This document shows, piece by piece, positions 1-9,316 of a DNA stretch of 64,000 nt. Position numbers and translations under genes: made by a program. Under the pieces are notes generated by a model that worked only from the letters and a program-made list of their open reading frames with translations, was not told where the DNA came from and did no database searches. Within the stretch, counting starts at the first letter, position 1. Every line of letters starts with the position of its first letter. The stretch is from an uncultured Lachnospiraceae bacterium (GTDB taxonomy: Bacteria > Bacillota > Clostridia > Oscillospirales > CAG-272), in NCBI GenBank assembly GCA_964521785.1, contig CAZFTE010000005.1, positions 1,364 to 65,363 on the forward strand, in the 5' to 3' direction.

Positions 1-65
1 AAGTGCTAAACAACTTCGAACATTGCGCAAAAACTTCATAATATGAATATATTCAGGAGGCTAAA

Positions 66-2156
66 ATGTTCGAAAATTACAAAATGTTCAATTACGCATA
101 CGCCGGCAGACCCCTCGTTGTTGAAACAGGCAAAGTTGCAGGTCTTGCAAACGGCTCTTGCATGATCCGTTACGGCGAAACAACGATTCTTGCTTGCGCT
201 ACCGCAAGCGCCAAACCTCGCGACGGTATAGATTTCCTTCCCCTTTCCGTTGACTACGACGAAAAGATGTACGCAGTAGGCAAGATTCCCGGCGGTTATC
301 TCCGTCGTGAAGGCAGACCTTCCGAAAAGGCTATCCTCACAAGCCGCGTTATCGACAGACCTATCCGTCCTCTCTTCCCCAAAGATCTCCGCAACGACGT
401 AGCTCTTACACTTACAGTTATGTCCGTTGACCAGGATTGCTCCCCCGAGATTACAGCTATGATCGGCGCTTCCATCGCCCTCTCCATCTCCGATATTCCG
501 TGGAACGGACCTATCGGCGGTGCTTTCGTAGGCCTTGTAAACGGCGAGATCGTTATCAACCCCACAGCTGCTCAGCGCAAAGAAAGCACTCTCGAACTTA
601 CAGTTGCGGCAAGCGAAAAGAAAGTTGTAATGATCGAAGCAGGCGCTAAAGAAGTTCCCGATGACGTTATGTTCGACGCTATCATGAAAGCTCATGAAGA
701 GATCAAAGGTCTCCTCGGCTTCATCAACCAGATCATCGCTGAAGTTGGCAAACCCAAATTCGATTATCCCTCTTGCGAACTCGACCATGATATGTTCGAC
801 AAAATATTCGCTTTCTGTGAAGCAGAAGTTATGGAAGCTCTCGATACAGACGATAAAAACGTTCGCGACGCAAAAATGCAGCCCATCATGGATAAGATCA
901 CGGAAACATTCTCCGAAGAATACCCCGACTTGGCAGTAGTTCTTCCCGAGCTTATCTATAAGATCCAGAAAAAAATCGTTCGCCGTTGGCTCCTCGTTGA
1001 CAAAAAACGTGTAGACGGCAGAACTATGGATCAGCTCCGTCCTCTTGCGGCAGAAGTTGCTCTTCTTCCCCGCGTTCACGGTTCCGGTCTTTTCACACGT
1101 GGTCAGACACAGGTACTCACCATCGCTACTATCGGTGCTCTTTCCGACAGCCAGATGCTCGAAGGGCTTGACGACGAAACAGAAAAGAGATATATGCACC
1201 ACTACAATATGCCCGGCTACTCCACAGGTGAAGCTAAAGCTATCCGCAGCCCCGGCAGACGTGAGATTGGTCATGGCGCTCTTGCAGAACGCGCTCTCGT
1301 TCCCGTTCTTCCTTCTGTTGAAGAATTTCCCTATGCTATGCGCCTCGTTTCCGAAGTAGTTTCCTCCAACGGTTCCACTTCTCAGGCTTCCATCTGCGGC
1401 TCTACGCTCGCACTCATGGACGCAGGCGTTCCGATCAAAGCTCCCGTTGCAGGTATCTCTTGCGGTCTTATCACAGCAGAAGACGGCTCTTTCGACACAA
1501 TGCTCGATATCCAGGGTCTTGAAGACTTCTACGGCGATATGGACTTTAAGGTTGCAGGTACACACAAGGGTATCACAGCTATCCAGATGGACCTTAAAAT
1601 AGATGGTCTTACACCTGAGATCATCAAACAGGCTTTCGAACAGACACACAAGGGTCGCGATTATATCCTTGACGAGATCATGCTCAAGGCTATCCCCGCT
1701 CCCCGTGAAGACGTTAGCCCCTACGCTCCCAAACTCATCCAGATGAAGATCAACCCCGACAAGATCCGCGACGTTATCGGTTCCGGCGGTAAGATCATTC
1801 AGAAGATCACAGCTGACACAGGCGCTAAGATCGACATCAACGATGATGGCACAGTTTACATCCTTGCAGTAAACCGCGAATCCGCTCAGGAAGCTAAGAA
1901 CATCATCGACGCTATCGTATTCGAGCCTGTTGACGGTTGCTGCTACACAGGCGCTGTTACAAGAATCATTCCCATCGGTGCTTTCGTAGAGATTGCTCCC
2001 GGCAAGGAAGGTCTTGTTCACATCTCCAAACTCGCAAACAGACGTGTTGAAAAAGTTGAAGACGTTGTTTCTGTTGGCGATGTAGTTACAGTTAAATTCC
2101 TCGGCACAGACGAAAAGGGCAGACTCAACCTCTCCCTCAAAGATGCAAATAACTGA
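66..2156 (+). CDS. pnp: polyribonucleotide nucleotidyltransferase (PNPase)
   Basis: 696-aa ORF with AGGAGG 5 nt upstream of the ATG. Duplicated RNase PH-like core, then C-terminal KH (GSGGKIIQKI) and S1 (GAFVEIAPGKEGLVHISK) segments typical of PNPase. Confidence 0.95.
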   Translation: MFENYKMFNYAYAGRPLVVETGKVAGLANGSCMIRYGETTILACATASAKPRDGIDFLPLSVDYDEKMYAVGKIPGGYLRREGRPSEKAILTSRVIDRPIRPLFPKDLRNDVALTLTVMSVDQDCSPEITAMIGASIALSISDIPWNGPIGGAFVGLVNGEIVINPTAAQRKESTLELTVAASEKKVVMIEAGAKEVPDDVMFDAIMKAHEEIKGLLGFINQIIAEVGKPKFDYPSCELDHDMFDKIFAFCEAEVMEALDTDDKNVRDAKMQPIMDKITETFSEEYPDLAVVLPELIYKIQKKIVRRWLLVDKKRVDGRTMDQLRPLAAEVALLPRVHGSGLFTRGQTQVLTIATIGALSDSQMLEGLDDETEKRYMHHYNMPGYSTGEAKAIRSPGRREIGHGALAERALVPVLPSVEEFPYAMRLVSEVVSSNGSTSQASICGSTLALMDAGVPIKAPVAGISCGLITAEDGSFDTMLDIQGLEDFYGDMDFKVAGTHKGITAIQMDLKIDGLTPEIIKQAFEQTHKGRDYILDEIMLKAIPAPREDVSPYAPKLIQMKINPDKIRDVIGSGGKIIQKITADTGAKIDINDDGTVYILAVNRESAQEAKNIIDAIVFEPVDGCCYTGAVTRIIPIGAFVEIAPGKEGLVHISKLANRRVEKVEDVVSVGDVVTVKFLGTDEKGRLNLSLKDANN

Positions 2157-2177
2157 TTTGATATTTCAAATCAAAGT

Positions 2178-2213
2178 ACCGCCCGAACCAAAAGTTCGGG
2201 CGGTTTTTGTTTT
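2178..2213 (+). terminator. intrinsic terminator after pnp
   Basis: 11-bp GC-rich stem ACCGCCCGAAC/GTTCGGGCGGT, 5-nt loop, followed by TTTTTGTTTT. Confidence 0.8.
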
Positions 2214-2232
2214 ATCCTTGCTTGCTCTGTGT

Positions 2233-2276
2233 AAATAAAAAGGTCATGTATCCATAAAGATACACGACCTTTTTAT
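2233..2276 (-). terminator. intrinsic terminator after pcrA (bidirectional shape)
   Basis: 12-bp stem AGGTCATGTATC/GATACACGACCT (one wobble), flanked by an A-run on one side and a T-run on the other. Confidence 0.6.
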
Positions 2277-2321
2277 TTATCGACCCGATAAACAACGGGT
2301 ACTATTTTATCGATATAATAT

Positions 2322-4730
2322 TTAAGCTCTGGTAAGCTTTGCGTATGTAGCCATAAGTTTCTTTGTACCTACGCTGTCAAACGCTATCTCGTAAAGCACG
2401 TCCGCACCCATAGCTTTCGCGGAAAGCACCGTGCCAACGCCGAAAGTGAGATGTTTTACTCTGTCGCCCGCATTGAACGTTTCCGTAGAAGTGCTTGCCT
2501 TGCCTATATTGGAAGATATAGCGCTCTTTGCAAAAAGTTCGTTGGAGATACGTACTTTTTTCTTCGCAGGCTTTTCTTTTGCTTCCGCAGATGCTTCGGC
2601 GGCAATTTCTCTCTGCTTCTGTATCTCTTCTTCCTTGTATTCATCTGCTATCTCATTGATGAATCGGGATTTGGGATTATACATCGTTCTGCCGTAGAAT
2701 ATTCTTTCGCGAGTATGTATCATGTAAAGTCTGTCTTTTGCTCTCGTTATCGCAACATAAGCGAGTCTGCGCTCTTCCTCAAGTTCTTCGGGAATCATTA
2801 CGGAGCGACCGCTCGGGAAAAGATCTTCCTCCATGCCGGGAAGGAATACAACGGGAAATTCAAGACCCTTTGCGCTGTGTATCGTCATAAGGACAACAGC
2901 GTCCGCAGAGGAATCATAGTTGTCCACATCAGCAACGAGCGCGATATCTTCAAGGAAGCCTTCGAGCGTAGCGTCCTCATTCTCGCGTTCGTATTCAGCC
3001 GCATAAGAGATAAGTTCGCGAACGTTTTCGCTTCTTTCGGTGGATTCGCCATTCTCTTCCGTAAGTCTGAGCATCTCGCCGTAGCCGGAAAGCTCTATCG
3101 TCTTTTCAACGAGTTTTGCAAGACCTTCGGTCTTACCTATCTTGCGAAGACCGTGGATAAGATAGATGAACATTTCGAATTTGCTTGCCGCTTTGGAGAT
3201 AGCGGGATAGAGGCTCGCGTTTTCCATTATCTTAAACATACTCTTGCCCTCTGTATCGGCAAGGAGTTCAATCTGATTGATGGTGGCTTCACCAATCTTA
3301 CGCTTCGGCTCATTGATGATACGGCGCAAACGGAGATTGTCGTCGTTGTTTGCAACAACGGAAAGATATGCGATGATATCTTTTATCTCTTTGCGTTCGA
3401 AGAAACGCATACCGCCCAAAACTCTGTAAGGAATACCGCTCTTTGCAAAGACATTTTCAAGCGCGCCGGACTGCGCATTTGTTCTGTAAAGCACCGCAAA
3501 ATCGCTGTACTTTCTCTTTTCGCGGATAACGAGTTCCATTATCTTGTTGATGATAAATTTCGCTTCGTCATGCTGTGTATCGACTTTTTTTACATTTATC
3601 TTTTCACCGTTGCCGCGGCAAGCGTGAAGTTCTTTGCCTCTTCTTCCGAAATTATGGCGAATAACGGAGTTAGCCGCGCCGAGTATGGCTTCTGTTGAAC
3701 GATAGTTCTCTTCAAGTTTTATAACTTCCGCGCCGCTTACTTTTTCGTCAAAAGTAAGTATGTTTTCAACGGCGGCACCGCGGAATTTATAGATACTCTG
3801 GTCATCATCTCCGACTACCATGAGGTTGCCGTAGCCCTCGGACAAAAGCTTTGCAAGTTCGAACTGTGCAAAGTTCGTATCCTGAAATTCGTCGATGAGA
3901 ACATAGCGGAACTGCTTCTGATAATGCGAAAGCACTTCGTAATTTCTCTTGAGCAAAAGCACCGTTTTCATTATGATATCGTCGAAGTCAACAGCACCGG
4001 CTTCTTTAAGTCTTGCCTGGTACATGGCATAAACGGAAGATATCATCTGCATCTTGAAATCGTTGTGGGATATATTGTCGTCGAAATCCTGCGGTGTTAC
4101 AAGCTCGTCCTTCGCTCTGCTGATGTGGGAAAGGATAGTCTTTGCGGGAAGCGTCTTTTCGTCCACGTTGAGCTGCTTCATGCAGTCCGCTATCACCTTT
4201 TTGGAATCCTCTGTGTCGTATATGGTGAAAGAAGAAGGAAGATCCGCTTCCGTGTGATATTTGCGAAGTATTCTCAAGCACATGGAATGGAAAGTGCCGC
4301 ACCAAATATCGTTAGCCGTTTCGCCCACGATATTTGCAAGTCTTGTTTTCATCTCATTTGCGGCTTTATTCGTAAATGTTATTGCGAGTATCTGCCAGGG
4401 AGCAACTATATTCTGCTCAAAGTCCTTGAGGTCCTCGTCCGCTATCTCGTCCTTAGCGGCAGCTTCTTCAAGCGCTTTTACGCTCTCCTCCGTGATATTT
4501 TCGGGAATGAGCGTTGAGAAATAAGCGTTGCCGTATTTCAAAATAAAGGCTATTCTGTTTACAAGAAGAGTCGTTTTTCCCGTACCCGCACCTGCCAAAA
4601 CGAGCAAAGGTCCGTTTACCGTGAACACAGCCTTGCGCTGCATCTCGTTAAGAAAACCGTACTTCTTTTCAAACATTGCTTTTTTTGCCGCAGTATATCG
4701 GTCATTAAGCACGTTCTGATCGTTAGACAT
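2322..4730 (-). CDS. pcrA: ATP-dependent DNA helicase PcrA/UvrD family
   Basis: 802-aa ORF with SF1 helicase motifs: Walker A AGAGTGKTT, DEFQDT, VGDDDQSIY, TIHSAKGLEF, YVAITRAK. Confidence 0.9.
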   Translation of the reverse strand: MSNDQNVLNDRYTAAKKAMFEKKYGFLNEMQRKAVFTVNGPLLVLAGAGTGKTTLLVNRIAFILKYGNAYFSTLIPENITEESVKALEEAAAKDEIADEDLKDFEQNIVAPWQILAITFTNKAANEMKTRLANIVGETANDIWCGTFHSMCLRILRKYHTEADLPSSFTIYDTEDSKKVIADCMKQLNVDEKTLPAKTILSHISRAKDELVTPQDFDDNISHNDFKMQMISSVYAMYQARLKEAGAVDFDDIIMKTVLLLKRNYEVLSHYQKQFRYVLIDEFQDTNFAQFELAKLLSEGYGNLMVVGDDDQSIYKFRGAAVENILTFDEKVSGAEVIKLEENYRSTEAILGAANSVIRHNFGRRGKELHACRGNGEKINVKKVDTQHDEAKFIINKIMELVIREKRKYSDFAVLYRTNAQSGALENVFAKSGIPYRVLGGMRFFERKEIKDIIAYLSVVANNDDNLRLRRIINEPKRKIGEATINQIELLADTEGKSMFKIMENASLYPAISKAASKFEMFIYLIHGLRKIGKTEGLAKLVEKTIELSGYGEMLRLTEENGESTERSENVRELISYAAEYERENEDATLEGFLEDIALVADVDNYDSSADAVVLMTIHSAKGLEFPVVFLPGMEEDLFPSGRSVMIPEELEEERRLAYVAITRAKDRLYMIHTRERIFYGRTMYNPKSRFINEIADEYKEEEIQKQREIAAEASAEAKEKPAKKKVRISNELFAKSAISSNIGKASTSTETFNAGDRVKHLTFGVGTVLSAKAMGADVLYEIAFDSVGTKKLMATYAKLTRA

Positions 4731-4967
4731 CTTTTTATACCGTCCTTTCGATAATAAAGTCTATAAAAAATCAAAATAATACTATATAATTATACTATAA
4801 AATCGCAATTAAAGCAACATTAAAATTCCATAAAAACCTTTAAATAAGAATTGCCGAAAACAAAAAAATGTCGATATTAAATATAAAAATTTACATATTA
4901 TCAACAAAAAACAATAAAAAGAGGTTTATAATAATTATACTAAACTTTTTATAACAGGGAGAAAACG

Positions 4968-7928
4968 ATGCTTCAACTTAAAAACATAGTAAAGCAGTAT
5001 CACACGGGCGATGAGACCGTGGACGCTCTTCGCGGAATAAATATAGATTTCCGTGAAAGCGAATTTGTTTCTATACTTGGACCCTCGGGATGCGGCAAGA
5101 CAACACTTCTCAACATCATCGGCGGTCTTGACGGCTACACAGACGGCGACCTCATCATCGACGGAAGATCCACAAAAGAATTTAACGACAGAGACTGGGA
5201 TACATACCGCAACCACAAGATAGGCTTTGTATTTCAAAGTTACAACCTCATATCTCACCAAACGGTACTCTCCAATGTAGAGCTTGCGCTCACTCTTTCG
5301 GGAGTTTCTAAATCAGAGCGCCGCAAGAGAGCCATGGAAGCGCTCGAAAAAGTGGGACTCAAAAATCAGATGCACAAAAAGCCCAACCAAATGTCGGGCG
5401 GTCAGATGCAACGAGTTGCCATCGCTCGCGCACTTGTAAACGATCCGAAGATACTCTTGGCGGACGAGCCGACGGGCGCCCTTGATTCCGCAACGAGCAT
5501 ACAGATAATGGACCTTCTCAAGGAGATCGCAAAAGACAGGCTCGTCATCATGGTAACGCACAACCCCGAGCTTGCAGAGCAATATTCAACGAGAATAGTT
5601 CGCTTCCTCGACGGCAAGATGATAGATGACACAGCTCCTTTTAAAGTGGACGAACATTCCGAAAAAGCAAAAGCGTCATCTCCAGCCATGACACGCACAC
5701 AGAAAAAGGCACAGCGCAAAGCAGAAAAGAAGACTTCCATGTCTTTCTTCACAGCATTCTCCCTCTCGCTCAACAACCTTATGACAAAAAAAGCCCGCAC
5801 GATACTCACGAGCTTCGCAGGCTCCATCGGTATCATCGGTATAGCGCTCATACTCTCCATCTCAAACGGTCTTCAACTTTATATCAACAGAGTACAGGAA
5901 GACACTCTTTCGTCTTATCCCATCACGATACAAGCGGAATCCGTTGACATGACATCGCTCATATCATCTCTCACCTCGCAAACATCGGGCGATGTAACGC
6001 ACGACAAGGACAAGGTTTACTCAAGCGTCATTCTTTATGACATGATGAACTCCCTTACAAACGCGGAGACGGTAACGAACAACTTGAAAGACTTCAAAAA
6101 GTTCCTTGACAGCAATATGTCGAACGATTCCATCACTTCCGTCATCTACGGATATGACATGGAACTCAACATTTACTCCTCCGATGTCAACAACATACGC
6201 AAGCTCAACCCCTCAATGCTCATGAACAGCATGATGGGCAGTTCGGGTATGGCTTCATCCTCCATGGTAAGCATGGGAACATATGATATTTGGAGCCAGA
6301 TGATGCCCGGCAAAGACGGCGAATATATAAACGGTCTTATAAAAGAGCAGTATGACCTTATCGACGGCACATGGCCCTCAAATTACAACGAAGTCGTTCT
6401 CGTTGTGGACAAAAACAACGAAGTCAGCGACCTTGTCCTCTGTATGCTCGGCTTCAAGAGCGAAGAAGAGATGAACGAAATAATCAGCGCCGCTCTTTCA
6501 GGCAAAGAAATAGATTCCAAGCAGGAATATTGGGAATATTCCGATATCCTCTCCACAACGTTCAAACTCGTTATGCCCACAGACTATTACAGCTACAACG
6601 AGCAAACAGGCATTTGGGACGACATGAGCGATAACGACACATATATGTCTTATGTACTCAAAAATGCGGAAGACATCAAGATAGTCGGCATCATTCGCCC
6701 CAATGAAGAAGCTGTTGCTTCCTCTATCTCGGGTTCCATCGGCTACACATACGCCCTTACGGAACATATCGCAAGCAAAGTAAGCGAAAGCGAGATCGTC
6801 AAAGCACAGCAGAACGATACGACAAAAGACGTTTTCACAGGTCTTTCTTTCAAAACAGACGATTATGTTGAACCCACGGACGAAGAAAAAGCCTGTCTTA
6901 TAAAAGAATATCTCTCCTCTCTCTCCGACAGTCAAAAAGCTGTTATCTACTCCGAAATAGCACAGCAGATGCCCGCTTCACAGCTCGAAGCAGCTGTTGA
7001 GGAAGCGCTCAAAAACTTCCCCACAAGAGAATCCATGGAAGAAGTTATCATCGGTGCTTACGCTTCTGAAATGAATATGCCCGAAGAGACTATACGCAAA
7101 TATCTCTCCGATATGTCCGATGAAGAAATCGCGGGTGCCATGTCCGAAATGCTCGCAATGCAAGCACAGGCGGAATATGCCGCAAAGGTTACCGCACAGC
7201 TCTCTCAGATGGGCATCTCCGATCTTGCCGCAATGCTTGACAAATACGTTGCGTCGGCAAACGACTTTGAACTCGTGCCTTTGTACGAAGCGTACTTCCC
7301 CGCTTCCTTCTCCGAAAGCACATACGAAGAAAACATTTCCGCGCTCGGTGTTTTCGATATCGACAGCCCCAATATGATAAGCATCTACGCTTCCACATTC
7401 GAAGCTAAAGACAAGATATCCGCGCTCATCGACGAATACAACGCGAGCGTTTCCGAAAGCAACAAGATATCCTACACAGACTATGTTGCTCTCATAATGT
7501 CCTCCGTTACTACGATAATCAACGCAATAAGCTACATACTTATCGCGTTCGTTTCCATCTCTCTTATAGTTTCCTCCATCATGATAGGCATCATCACATA
7601 CATCTCCGTTTTGGAACGCACAAAAGAGATAGGTATCCTCCGCGCGATAGGCGCTTCCAAGAAAGACGTTCGCCGTGTATTCAACGCAGAAACGCTCCTT
7701 ATCGGCTTTACATCGGGTATGTTCGGTATCATAATCACAGCGCTCCTCAACATACCGATAAACATTATAATCAAATCCATCACAGGCATCGGCGGCATCG
7801 CTTCTCTTCCGATAGCGGGCGCAGTTATACTCGTTATCATCAGCATGACGCTCACGCTCATCTCGGGCTTTATCCCCTCGGGTATCGCCGCAAAGAAAGA
7901 CCCTGTTGAAGCCCTCCGCACAGAATGA
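4968..7928 (+). CDS. fused ABC transporter ATPase / MacB-FtsX-type permease with a very large extracytoplasmic domain
   Basis: 986-aa ORF. N-terminal ABC ATPase (GPSGCGKTT, MSGGQMQR, LLADEPT), Lys-rich linker, one TM, roughly 540 aa of non-membrane sequence, then a C-terminal FtsX-like TM bundle. Confidence 0.85.
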   Translation: MLQLKNIVKQYHTGDETVDALRGINIDFRESEFVSILGPSGCGKTTLLNIIGGLDGYTDGDLIIDGRSTKEFNDRDWDTYRNHKIGFVFQSYNLISHQTVLSNVELALTLSGVSKSERRKRAMEALEKVGLKNQMHKKPNQMSGGQMQRVAIARALVNDPKILLADEPTGALDSATSIQIMDLLKEIAKDRLVIMVTHNPELAEQYSTRIVRFLDGKMIDDTAPFKVDEHSEKAKASSPAMTRTQKKAQRKAEKKTSMSFFTAFSLSLNNLMTKKARTILTSFAGSIGIIGIALILSISNGLQLYINRVQEDTLSSYPITIQAESVDMTSLISSLTSQTSGDVTHDKDKVYSSVILYDMMNSLTNAETVTNNLKDFKKFLDSNMSNDSITSVIYGYDMELNIYSSDVNNIRKLNPSMLMNSMMGSSGMASSSMVSMGTYDIWSQMMPGKDGEYINGLIKEQYDLIDGTWPSNYNEVVLVVDKNNEVSDLVLCMLGFKSEEEMNEIISAALSGKEIDSKQEYWEYSDILSTTFKLVMPTDYYSYNEQTGIWDDMSDNDTYMSYVLKNAEDIKIVGIIRPNEEAVASSISGSIGYTYALTEHIASKVSESEIVKAQQNDTTKDVFTGLSFKTDDYVEPTDEEKACLIKEYLSSLSDSQKAVIYSEIAQQMPASQLEAAVEEALKNFPTRESMEEVIIGAYASEMNMPEETIRKYLSDMSDEEIAGAMSEMLAMQAQAEYAAKVTAQLSQMGISDLAAMLDKYVASANDFELVPLYEAYFPASFSESTYEENISALGVFDIDSPNMISIYASTFEAKDKISALIDEYNASVSESNKISYTDYVALIMSSVTTIINAISYILIAFVSISLIVSSIMIGIITYISVLERTKEIGILRAIGASKKDVRRVFNAETLLIGFTSGMFGIIITALLNIPINIIIKSITGIGGIASLPIAGAVILVIISMTLTLISGFIPSGIAAKKDPVEALRTE

Positions 7929-8130
7929 CCTACTTTTTCTTTCGGAGAAAAAGTAGGCAAAAAGAACTTTACTCAGTGGTAGTGCTTATATCAACAAAAG
8001 CCGACCCTTGAGTGAAAGTTCACTCGGCAAAAGTAGGCAAAAAGAACTTCGCTCAGGGCTAGTGCTTGCATTAACAAAAGTTAAGCCTTGAGTGAAAGTT
8101 CTTTGCCAAGCTTTCTTTCAAGAAAGCTTG
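7929..8130. repeat. intergenic repeat locus A: stop-adjacent hairpin, two tandem 69-nt units at 80-nt period, second hairpin
   Basis: Hairpin CCTACTTTTTC..GAAAAAGTAGG (7929-7957) starts directly after the TGA stop. Units 7953-8021 and 8033-8101 share 58/69 positions by manual alignment; each starts GTAGGCAAAAAGAAC and contains the inverted repeat GAACTTTACTCAG/CTTGAGTGAAAGTTC. Perfect 10-bp hairpin CAAGCTTTCT/AGAAAGCTTG at 8107-8130. Confidence 0.75.
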
Positions 8131-8160
8131 TAATACAGCATAATTTTAAGGAATATCACC

Positions 8161-8907
8161 ATGGAAAACGACAAAATTCTTCAAAATCATCTTTTGGATC
8201 TATCCTCGCGCGCCCGCGACGGCTCATATTATACATATTCAAATTTTTTGACGCTTGCCGAGCAAGATCTGCTCATGAAGACGAAAACGGATATCTCTTT
8301 CTCACTCTTCGGAGGATATGAGAACGCAGAACGTAAGCTCGCCGTTTTCGGAAGCATCGACGATTTCGGATATGAAGCGGAGCCGCCCATAGTTTGCGTG
8401 AAGATAGAACCGCGTATGCAAAAATACGCAGATAAGCTCTCGCACAGAGATTTTCTCGGTTCCGTCGTGGGTCTGGGGCTTGAGCGCGACGTTACGGGAG
8501 ATATAATCATCTACCAAAACGTAGGATATATGTTTTGTCTCGAATCGATAGCTCCGTTTATAACCGAAAGCCTCACCAAAGTAAAGCGAACGGAGGTAAA
8601 ATGCTCCGTTATAGACAGCCCTCCCGCGGAAACGACGGAATTGCCCGATGAACGAACATTCTTTGTCGCTTCCGAAAGGATAGACGCGATAATATCGGCT
8701 GTTTTCGACCTCTCCAGAAGCGAGAGCCAAAAGCTCTTCGGGCAAAAACTCGTATTTTGCGACAGCAAGCTTTGCGAAAATAACGACCGCACCGTCGCCG
8801 AGGGAAGCATCGTCTCTGTTCGAGGTTACGGCAGGTTTATATACTGCGGCATAGCCAAGACCACAAAAAAAGGCAGGCTCTGCATAAACGCCAGAGTATA
8901 CGGCTGA
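8161..8907 (+). CDS. ylmH: YlmH-family RNA-binding protein (S4-like domain)
   Basis: 248-aa ORF with the YlmH-like layout and a C-terminal S4-like segment (ERIDAIISAVFDLSRSESQKLF). Confidence 0.7.
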   Translation: MENDKILQNHLLDLSSRARDGSYYTYSNFLTLAEQDLLMKTKTDISFSLFGGYENAERKLAVFGSIDDFGYEAEPPIVCVKIEPRMQKYADKLSHRDFLGSVVGLGLERDVTGDIIIYQNVGYMFCLESIAPFITESLTKVKRTEVKCSVIDSPPAETTELPDERTFFVASERIDAIISAVFDLSRSESQKLFGQKLVFCDSKLCENNDRTVAEGSIVSVRGYGRFIYCGIAKTTKKGRLCINARVYG

Positions 8908-8958
8908 CGCCGCTTTTTCCTTAAAAAACGATTTTTTCTGTTTTTCTTGTCAAAACTA

Positions 8959-8988
8959 TTGACATAAGCTCGTTATTTGTGATACAAT
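8959..8988 (+). promoter_or_regulatory. sigma-A-type promoter for the L-box/dap-lys operon
   Basis: TTGACA (8959-8964), 18-nt spacer, TACAAT (8983-8988), about 15 nt upstream of the riboswitch. Confidence 0.55.
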
Positions 8989-9000
8989 AACTTATCTAAT

Positions 9001-9166
9001 TCATAGAGGCGCACTTGATAATAAGTAGCTCGGCTTCAAAAAGTATCCGCAGATACCGCCGTGCGAAAGGGATCGGTGCCGAAGGGCGGACAGATCATGC
9101 GGTAAACCGTCCCTGGTTCGTTGGAATAATATCTTGCGGATTGTCGCTTATGCGGAGAGCTATTGA
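9001..9166 (+). promoter_or_regulatory. lysine riboswitch (L-box) aptamer
   Basis: Conserved L-box elements in order: AGAGGCGC (9005-9012), GTGCCGAAGGG (9076-9086), CCCTGG (9111-9116), GGAGAGCTA (9154-9162). P1 is TCATAG/CTATTGA. Located upstream of lysine-biosynthesis genes. Confidence 0.85.
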
Positions 9167-9225
9167 TTTATGAAAAGCGGAATAGAATTTTTAGGTATAT
9201 CTATACCCGTGTTTTTGATTTTTTG

Positions 9226-9253
9226 ATAGCTGACTTCCGTCAGCTATTTTTTT
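9226..9253 (+). terminator. L-box expression-platform terminator
   Basis: Stem ATAGCTGAC/GTCAGCTAT, loop TTCC, then six T. The 5' arm ATAGCT can alternatively pair with AGCTAT (9158-9163), which overlaps the P1 3' strand. This gives OFF-switch logic. Confidence 0.8.
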
Positions 9254-9316
9254 ATACCTTTTACCGTCAGTTTAAAACAAATTAAAATATATTATTACAA
9301 GAAAGAAGCTTTTATC

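Noticed and set aside
36-2021. 661-aa ORF antisense to pnp. Similar long antisense ORFs include 9272-10477, 15844-16755, 17166-18548, 34736-36043, 48308-49426 and 49484-50707.
   Set aside because: Each lies entirely opposite a gene with unmistakable family motifs. Their translations are Cys/Phe/Val/Arg-rich low-complexity strings with no recognisable motifs, no SD and often non-ATG starts. These are mirror-frame artefacts of codon bias.
7953-8101. Possible CRISPR array, suggested by tandem repeats with an 80-nt period.
   Set aside because: There are only two copies. The units are 69 nt long and only 84% identical, the gap between them is about 11 nt rather than spacer-sized, and there are no cas genes or leader. 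It fits a REP/MITE-like repeat better.
8088-8321. 77-aa ORF overlapping the repeat locus and the ylmH start.
   Set aside because: It begins inside the repeat element, overlaps the better-supported ylmH frame, and has no SD.
9194-9222. First hairpin after the L-box (GGTAT..ATACC followed by a T-rich run) as an independent terminator.
   Set aside because: The stem is only about 5 bp with a 4-nt loop. The downstream 9-bp hairpin with six T (9226-9253) is the convincing terminator.
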